A stretch of 54,214 nucleotides of DNA, taken from contig JAXMOL010000050.1 in the NCBI GenBank assembly GCA_034669905.1, positions 1 through 54,214 on the forward strand, written 5' to 3'. Origin of the DNA: Candidatus Hydrogenedentota bacterium. GTDB taxonomy: Bacteria; Hydrogenedentota; Hydrogenedentia; Hydrogenedentales; JAEUWI01. The notes beneath the pieces were generated by a model. It did no database searches. It was not told the DNA's origin and saw only the letters and a list, made by a program, of their open reading frames with translations. The position numbers and the translations under genes are program-made. Below, piece by piece: positions 48,252-54,214 of this stretch (position 1 is its first letter; each line of letters starts with the position of its first letter).

Positions 48252-48620
48252 CTATACCACTTCAGGGGCAAGTGAGATTATGCGCATGAAACCCTTTTCA
48301 CGCAGTTCGCGTGGTACGGGCCCGAAGATACGCGTACCGCGGGGCTCTTTGTTCGGGTTAATCAAGACCGCTGCGTTGCTGTCAAAGCGAATCGTCGTGC
48401 CGTCAGGACGTTGTGTATCGTGCTTCACGCGGACTACTACCGCCTTCACCACGTCGCCCTTTTTCACGTTCGAATTCGGCAGGGCCTCTTTCACACTCGC
48501 TGTCACAACGTCGCCCAGCCCCGCATAACGGCGCTTCGAACCGCCCATTACCTGGATCACGCGAATCTGGCGTGCACCTGAGTTGTCGGCGACTTTCAAT
48601 CGCGAATATATCTGAATCAT
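48252..48620 (-). CDS. rplN: 50S ribosomal protein L14
   Basis: [25 protein letters not shown]. Confidence 0.98.
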   Translation of the reverse strand: MIQIYSRLKVADNSGARQIRVIQVMGGSKRRYAGLGDVVTASVKEALPNSNVKKGDVVKAVVVRVKHDTQRPDGTTIRFDSNAAVLINPNKEPRGTRIFGPVPRELREKGFMRIISLAPEVV

Positions 48621-48686
48621 GCTCTCAAACCTTATCCGTAAGACAAATATTGCCTGGGTGGAATCCCGCCAGCCGCGCCGGAAGAA

Positions 48687-48968
48687 TTACTCCGCGCGCT
48701 TGACCACTTCAATCAGGCGCCAGCATTTGGTCTTACTCAGCGGACGCGTCTCTTTGATTCGCACGAGGTCACCGATGTTACAGGTGTTTTCTTCGTCGTG
48801 CGCCTTATACTTTTTCGTCGCCTTCATCGCCTTCTTATAGAGGCGGTGATACTTCACACCCTGAACGGATACGGTGATGGTCTTATCCATCGCGGCGCTC
48901 GTTACCAGACCGACCCGCTCCTTGCGACGTCCACGTGTGTCTTCGGCGATAGTTGTCTCTTCGCTCAT
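48687..48968 (-). CDS. rpsQ: 30S ribosomal protein S17
   Basis: [23 protein letters not shown]. Confidence 0.97.
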   Translation of the reverse strand: MSEETTIAEDTRGRRKERVGLVTSAAMDKTITVSVQGVKYHRLYKKAMKATKKYKAHDEENTCNIGDLVRIKETRPLSKTKCWRLIEVVKRAE

Positions 48969-48970
48969 GT

Positions 48971-49180
48971 CTAGTTCTTACCTTTCGCTTCGGCAATGTC
49001 GCGCTCACGGAGGATCGTTTTGATTCGAGCGATATCTCGTCGAGCAGTGCGCGCAGCACGAACGTTTTCCACGACGCCCGTAGCCACTTGCATACGGAAA
49101 CTGCTTACGTCGTTTTCACGCTCTCTCATCTGCTTCACCAGCGTTTCGTTATCTTTGTCTCTGAGCTCGTTCGCTTTCAC
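48971..49180 (-). CDS. rpmC: 50S ribosomal protein L29
   Basis: [18 protein letters not shown]. Confidence 0.96.
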   Translation of the reverse strand: MKANELRDKDNETLVKQMRERENDVSSFRMQVATGVVENVRAARTARRDIARIKTILRERDIAEAKGKN

Positions 49181-49215
49181 GAATCATCTCCTTGCGTACC
49201 GACTGCGCGGTCGCC

Positions 49216-49623
49216 TTAGTCGCGCTTGACGAATTTCGTCTTAATGGGCATCTTGTAGCTGGCACGTTCAATGGCTTCCCGTGCAAGCTCTTCGGGCACA
49301 CCCTCTACTTCAAACATGATCCGGCCAGGCTTGACGACCGCGACCCATGCTTCCGGGGCACCCTTACCTTTACCCATTCGTACTTCAGCGGGCTTCTTCG
49401 TAATGGGTTTGTCCGGGAAAACCCGGATGAATACTTTACCACCACGCTTGATGTGGCGCGTGATTGCGATACGGGCGGCTTCAATCTGACGCGCCGTAAT
49501 CCATCCATCCTGCATGGCCTTCAAACCGAATTCGCCAAAATCAAGGCTCGAACCACCCTTGGCCGCGCCGGAGCGACGTCCACGGTGTTGTTTGCGGTGC
49601 TTTACGCGTTTGGGCATTAACAT
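49216..49623 (-). CDS. rplP: 50S ribosomal protein L16
   Basis: [24 protein letters not shown]. Confidence 0.98.
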   Translation of the reverse strand: MLMPKRVKHRKQHRGRRSGAAKGGSSLDFGEFGLKAMQDGWITARQIEAARIAITRHIKRGGKVFIRVFPDKPITKKPAEVRMGKGKGAPEAWVAVVKPGRIMFEVEGVPEELAREAIERASYKMPIKTKFVKRD

Positions 49624-49636
49624 CGTTCAGGCTCTC

Positions 49637-50398
49637 CTACTCGTTTTCGTTGCCGCGCTTGCGGGAAGGGCCTGAACCCTTGCGCTGACGGTCACCACCG
49701 GCGCGTCGTCCACCGCCGGCCTGGCCACCGTGGCCCTGGGGCCGCTCGCCACCAACCGTCGTTACGCGTTCGCCAGGCATCATGTCGCCATGATAGATCC
49801 AGCACTTCACCCCGATACAACCGTAGGTCGTGTGGGCCGTCGCCGTGCCGTAATCTACATTGGCCCGCAGGGTGTGCAGGGGAACACTGCCTTCGGCCGT
49901 GTTTTCTGCACGGGCGATTTCCGCACCGTTCAACCGGCCGGCAACCCGCAGACGGATACCCTTGGCACCCAGGCGCATGGTGTTCTGCACGGCCTTCTTC
50001 ATCACGCGGCGGAACGACATACGACGTTCCAGCTGCTGCGCAATGCTCTCGGCAACGAGGGTCGAGCACAATTCGGGGCTCAATACCTCGTGGATATTAA
50101 TCATCATCTCATGGCCGGTGAGCTGCTCCAGCTCGTAGCGGAGCTTGTCCACTTCCGCACCACGCTGGCCAATGACCAGACCGGGGCGTGCCGTGTAGAT
50201 GTGCACTTTGGTCTTCCGACCCGCGCGTTCCAGATCGATCTTCGCAACACCGGTGTGGTAAAGACGCTTCTTCACGTAATCGCGAAGTCGCAGATCTTCA
50301 TGCAACAGCTCGGCGTAGTTCTTTTCGGCGAACCATAGCGACGACCAATTCTGGATGACGCCCAACCGAAATCCGTTTGGATGTACCTTCTGACCCAC
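49637..50398 (-). CDS. rpsC: 30S ribosomal protein S3
   Basis: GQKVHPNGFRLG, GRLNGAEIAR, PLHTLRA; GTG start at 50398. Confidence 0.98.
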   Translation of the reverse strand: MGQKVHPNGFRLGVIQNWSSLWFAEKNYAELLHEDLRLRDYVKKRLYHTGVAKIDLERAGRKTKVHIYTARPGLVIGQRGAEVDKLRYELEQLTGHEMMINIHEVLSPELCSTLVAESIAQQLERRMSFRRVMKKAVQNTMRLGAKGIRLRVAGRLNGAEIARAENTAEGSVPLHTLRANVDYGTATAHTTYGCIGVKCWIYHGDMMPGERVTTVGGERPQGHGGQAGGGRRAGGDRQRKGSGPSRKRGNENE

Positions 50399-50408
50399 AA
50401 CTTGCTCC

Positions 50409-50759
50409 TTACTTGTCCGCGATCCGGATTTCAACGTGGCTGCTGCGCTTACGAATGCGAGACGCACGACCGCGGGGGGCGGGTTGGTAGCGCTGTAACG
50501 TCCGCCCTTCATTCACCACGATTCGTTCGATAATCATTTCGTCGGTGTCCACGTCTTCGTGACCCTCCTGGGCCGCGAACTCCGCGTTGGCCACAGCCGA
50601 CTCAAGCAACTTCAAGAGTGGCTTGGAAGCGCCCTTGATCGTGAACCGTAACGTGTCACGGGCGTCTACAATCCGCTGGCCACGCACCAGATCTGCCACC
50701 AGGCGCACCTTTCGGGCAGATATCTGCAAATCACTAAGTTTGGCTGTTGCCACTGCCAT
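50409..50759 (-). CDS. rplV: 50S ribosomal protein L22
   Basis: SARKVRLVADLVRG, SAVANA, RGRA..I.KR.SH. Confidence 0.98.
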   Translation of the reverse strand: MAVATAKLSDLQISARKVRLVADLVRGQRIVDARDTLRFTIKGASKPLLKLLESAVANAEFAAQEGHEDVDTDEMIIERIVVNEGRTLQRYQPAPRGRASRIRKRSSHVEIRIADK

Positions 50760-50811
50760 GGTTTATCTCCTGCACTGCGTCACCCGGAGGGTAGCGTAGC
50801 GGTTATCAACG

Positions 50812-51069
50812 TTATTTCTTATGACCGCGGAAAGTTCGTGTCGGCGCAAACTCCCCGAGCTTGTGCCCCACCATGTTTTCCGTTATAAACACCGGAAGGT
50901 GGGTCTTTCCGTTGTGCACCGCGATGGTCAGTCCCACCATATCGGGAATCACCGTGGAGCGACGGGACCAGGTCTTAATAACCCGGTGATCACCCGTTGC
51001 ACGCTGGGCGTCTACCTTCTTCAGCAGGTGCTCGTCGGCAAAGAAGCCTTTTTTCAGGGAACGCGACAC
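50812..51069 (-). CDS. rpsS: 30S ribosomal protein S19
   Basis: [23 protein letters not shown]. Confidence 0.98.
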   Translation of the reverse strand: MSRSLKKGFFADEHLLKKVDAQRATGDHRVIKTWSRRSTVIPDMVGLTIAVHNGKTHLPVFITENMVGHKLGEFAPTRTFRGHKK

Positions 51070-51095
51070 GATATATCTCCTCTAAAAGACCTGGG

Positions 51096-51923
51096 CTAGG
51101 CGTTTCGGCGCCTGATGATGTACTTGTTCGAACGATTCTTCTTCTGGCGGGTCTTGTAACCCTTCGTCGGCGTGCCCCAAGGGCTCACCGGGTGACGACC
51201 ACCCGAAGTACGACCTTCACCACCACCATGGGGGTGATCGACCGGGTTCATCGCCACACCACGCACTTTGGGGCGGCGACCGAGCCAACGCGAACGTCCG
51301 GCTTTACCCAGATTAATATTGCTGTGCTCTTCGTTACCGACCGTGCCAACCGTGGCGCGGCAGATGCTCAGCACACGGCGCATTTCGCCGGAGGGAAGGC
51401 GCAGGGCGACGTAACGCCCTTCCTTCGCCAGCAGCTGGCAACCGTTGCCGGCCGAGCGGGCCATCTGGCCACCCTTACCGGGGGTCAACTCCACGTTGTG
51501 GACGTTGGTACCCAGCGGGATGCTGTGGAGCGGAAGGCAGTTGCCAATCTCAAACTCCGAGCCTTCGCCGCTCATGACCTGCTGACCAACTTCCAGCTTG
51601 CCAGGGGCCAGGATATACCGTTTCTCACCGTCCGCGTAGACCAACAAGGCAATGCGGGCCGAGCGGTTCGGATCATATTCAATGGTTGCAACGCGCGCCG
51701 GAATGCCGTCTTTGTCACGACGATAGTCGATCACGCGGTATTTCCGCTTGTGACCGCCACCACGACGACGCATGGTAATCCGACCCGTGTTATTCCGACC
51801 ACCCTTTTTAGGGTTGGGCTCCAGGAGTTTTTTCTCCGGATCGCTCGCACTCAGCACCGAGAAATCGGCGACGCTCATCTGGCGCCGTGACGGTGTGTAA
51901 GGTTTAAATCGCTTTACAGGCAT
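51096..51923 (-). CDS. rplB: 50S ribosomal protein L2
   Basis: [21 protein letters not shown]. Confidence 0.99.
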   Translation of the reverse strand: MPVKRFKPYTPSRRQMSVADFSVLSASDPEKKLLEPNPKKGGRNNTGRITMRRRGGGHKRKYRVIDYRRDKDGIPARVATIEYDPNRSARIALLVYADGEKRYILAPGKLEVGQQVMSGEGSEFEIGNCLPLHSIPLGTNVHNVELTPGKGGQMARSAGNGCQLLAKEGRYVALRLPSGEMRRVLSICRATVGTVGNEEHSNINLGKAGRSRWLGRRPKVRGVAMNPVDHPHGGGEGRTSGGRHPVSPWGTPTKGYKTRQKKNRSNKYIIRRRNA

Positions 51924-51936
51924 TCCGATATCTCCG

Positions 51937-52230
51937 TTAGATCAATTCGATGCTGTCGCCAGCGCGGAGGGTAACAATCGCTTTTTTCCACTTGGAACGG
52001 CGACCCGTTTTACGTGAACCCATCTGGCGCTTCGTTTTGCCGTCATAGTTCATCGTGTTAACGCGTGTCACCTTCACTTCCGGGAAAATGGCTTCGATCG
52101 CGTCGCGAATCTGATTCTTGTTGGCGTCGGGCACCACGCAAAACGTGTACTGCGCACCTTTGGCCGTCTGAATCTGCGCCTCTTCCGTAATGATCGGGCG
52201 CTTCACAATCTGGTAGGGAGACAGACTCAT
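51937..52230 (-). CDS. rplW: 50S ribosomal protein L23
   Basis: [22 protein letters not shown]. Confidence 0.97.
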   Translation of the reverse strand: MSLSPYQIVKRPIITEEAQIQTAKGAQYTFCVVPDANKNQIRDAIEAIFPEVKVTRVNTMNYDGKTKRQMGSRKTGRRSKWKKAIVTLRAGDSIELI

Positions 52231-52853
52231 GCCAGACGCTCCTCAAGTTTGCTCAACGCCTCTTCCTGCACGAAGACCCGTGCAGCCAGCATGACATCCA
52301 GCGTATTTACTTCCGCCGCCGTGCGCACCGTGCAGCGCGCAATGTTACGGGCAGAAATCAGTAGGTTGTTATCGTGCTCCGGCGTAATCAGCAAGGTACG
52401 ACGACCTTCCTTCGATACCGAATCCAACATCTCCGCCACCGGCTTGGTCTTGATCGTGTCGAACTGCATACCCTGCAGCACCGCGAGGCGCTCACTCCGG
52501 GCACGGGCACTCAACACACAACAGAGGGCCTGACGACGCACCTGCTTCGGTACGTCCTGGCGATAGCTCCGGGGCACCGGTCCGTGGACCGTACCACCAC
52601 CCCGCATCTGGGGTTCGCGGCTACTACCCTGACGGGCGCGGCCGGTTCCCTTCTGACGGAAAGGCTTCGCACCACCACCGCGGACTTCGCGACGGGTTTT
52701 CACCTTGTGGTTGCCCTGGCGCTTTGCGTTCTGCAAGGCCACTACAACTTCATGGACCAGCGCGGCGTTTTCTTCCACACCGAAGATGGCGTCATTGCCA
52801 TCTACTGTGCCTTTGTCGTCGCCCTGGACGCTTACTATCTTCAAGGATGCCAT
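52227..52853 (-). CDS. rplD: 50S ribosomal protein L4
   Basis: KTR.EVRGGG.KP.RQKGTGRARQGS. Confidence 0.98.
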   Translation of the reverse strand: MASLKIVSVQGDDKGTVDGNDAIFGVEENAALVHEVVVALQNAKRQGNHKVKTRREVRGGGAKPFRQKGTGRARQGSSREPQMRGGGTVHGPVPRSYRQDVPKQVRRQALCCVLSARARSERLAVLQGMQFDTIKTKPVAEMLDSVSKEGRRTLLITPEHDNNLLISARNIARCTVRTAAEVNTLDVMLAARVFVQEEALSKLEERLA

Positions 52854-52855
52854 GA

Positions 52856-53491
52856 CTATTTGGATCCTTTCGTACTATGTTTGACCACGACCATGCCGCC
52901 GTTGGCCCCTGGTACGGGTCCGCGAAGCAGGATCAGGTTCTTTTCCTCATCCACACGGACGATTTCCAGATTCTGGGTCGTGCGTGCGACGTTACCCATA
53001 CGGCCCGGAAGGCGTTTGCCTTTGTAGACCTTGGAAGGATCCGCACTCTGACCAACCGAACCAGGTGCACGGTGAAAGTGCGAGCCGTGTCCACCAGGAC
53101 CACCGCCGAAGCCGTAGCGCTTGATAACACCCGCAAAACCTTTACCCTTGCTCGTACCAGAAACGTCGACGCGGTCACCCGCCTTGAAGATGTCGCTGCG
53201 AATCTCATCACCCACATTGAGGCTGGAGTCCGGGGCTACCCGGAATTCGCGCAGTACCTTCTTCAGCGATTGGCCTGCTTTCTTGAAGTGTCCGTGCTGC
53301 GGCTTCTTCAGCCGAGCTTCTTTCACTTCACCATAGCCGACCTGTACGGCATCATAGCCGTCGGTATCCGTGGTCTTCTTCTGGATAACCGTGCAGGGTC
53401 CTGCCTCAACAAGCGTCACGTTGATCCAACGCCCATCTTCGGTGAAGACCCGGGTCATACCCAGTTTTCGCCCTAACAGTCCATTTACCAT
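52856..53491 (-). CDS. rplC: 50S ribosomal protein L3
   Basis: GRKLGMT, SKGKGFAG, HGS.FHR.PGS. Confidence 0.98.
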   Translation of the reverse strand: MVNGLLGRKLGMTRVFTEDGRWINVTLVEAGPCTVIQKKTTDTDGYDAVQVGYGEVKEARLKKPQHGHFKKAGQSLKKVLREFRVAPDSSLNVGDEIRSDIFKAGDRVDVSGTSKGKGFAGVIKRYGFGGGPGGHGSHFHRAPGSVGQSADPSKVYKGKRLPGRMGNVARTTQNLEIVRVDEEKNLILLRGPVPGANGGMVVVKHSTKGSK

Positions 53492-53555
53492 GCTCTTGGT
53501 AATCCTTACACCGCCCTACGAATCGTTGCGTAGGCACGCATTCGTTCGTTGGTGG

Positions 53556-53867
53556 CTATTGCTTGATTTCCACGTCCACGCCGGCCGGCAACACCAATTT
53601 CATCAGCGCATCTACGGTGGATGCTGTGGGGTTCACAATATCCATCAGGCGCTTGTGCGTCCGGCTCTCGAACTGTTCACGGGATTTCTTGTCAACGTGG
53701 GGGCCGCGCAGCACCGTATACTTCGTCGTGTTTGTCGGTAACGGGATAGGTCCGTTTACATCGGCACCCGTACGCTGAGCCGCCGCAACGATCTCCTGCG
53801 CGGACTGATCCAGCAGACGATGGTCATAGGCTCGTAGTTTGATTCGTATCTTATGGCTGGCAGCCAT
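53556..53867 (-). CDS. rpsJ: 30S ribosomal protein S10
   Basis: [28 protein letters not shown]. Confidence 0.98.
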   Translation of the reverse strand: MAASHKIRIKLRAYDHRLLDQSAQEIVAAAQRTGADVNGPIPLPTNTTKYTVLRGPHVDKKSREQFESRTHKRLMDIVNPTASTVDALMKLVLPAGVDVEIKQ

Positions 53868-53959
53868 TGACTGTCTCCAAGCTAACGCCGATTCGGATGG
53901 CGCTTAGTTCCAACCTGTAAACCGTCCCTGCCTCACGCGAGACAGGGACGAGGTGTCAG

Positions 53960-54214
53960 TTACTCAATAATTTTCGTTACAACGCCGGCACCAACCGTGC
54001 GGCCACCTTCGCGGATAGCGAAGCGGAGCTCGGTGGTCATAGCGATGGGCGCAATGAGTTCGGCCGAGATGGTGATGTTGTCACCCGGCATAACCATTTC
54101 CACGCCTTCGGGAAGCTCAAGCTTGCCCGTAACGTCCGTCGTACGGAAGTAGAACTGCGGACGGTAGCCCGTGAAGAAGGGCGTGTGACGGCCACCTTCT
54201 TCTTTGGTCAGCAC
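53960..54214 (-). CDS. tuf: Elongation factor Tu, C-terminal part (gene runs off the window)
   Basis: [38 protein letters not shown]. Confidence 0.98.
   Translation of the reverse strand: MLTKEEGGRHTPFFTGYRPQFYFRTTDVTGKLELPEGVEMVMPGDNITISAELIAPIAMTTELRFAIREGGRTVGAGVVTKIIE

Noticed and set aside
53868..53959. Hairpins between tuf and rpsJ as a named riboregulator
   Set aside because: A stem is present (CGTCCCTG/CAGGGACG), but I cannot assign it to a known leader family by eye.

Overview
GC-rich bacterial chromosome window. It is probably Hydrogenedentota-like, inferred only from the C-terminal dockerin-like 'DxxxDGxxxAxDxQLVVNxxL' tags. 0-13 kb: accessory envelope/hydrolase genes, a RAYT-type HUH transposase, an HTH regulator locus with a visible operator pair, and many REP/REPIN-like repeats. 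13.1-21.8 kb (minus strand): a compact virion-like structural operon in the order portal, prohead protease, small membrane protein, LigD-phosphoesterase-like/scaffold fusion, capsid decoration, HK97-type major capsid, head-tail adaptor, Dit, a Tal/hub protein carrying an inserted thermonuclease (SNase) domain and split by a -1 frameshift at a G6 run, upper-baseplate-like protein and holin-like protein. It has no terminase, tail tube, tape measure, integrase or replication genes, and its spacers hold host-type repeats. This GTA-like or domesticated particle module, with a nuclease plus an end-healing domain, is the main candidate for an undescribed system. 22-39.6 kb: secreted proteins (two dockerin-tagged peptidases, pseudoenzyme-like GH3 and metallophosphoesterase folds), thiH and yhaM. 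39.8-54.2 kb: the S10-spc-alpha ribosomal protein cluster and the 3' end of tuf. All family assignments are from motif recognition by eye; no database searches were run.
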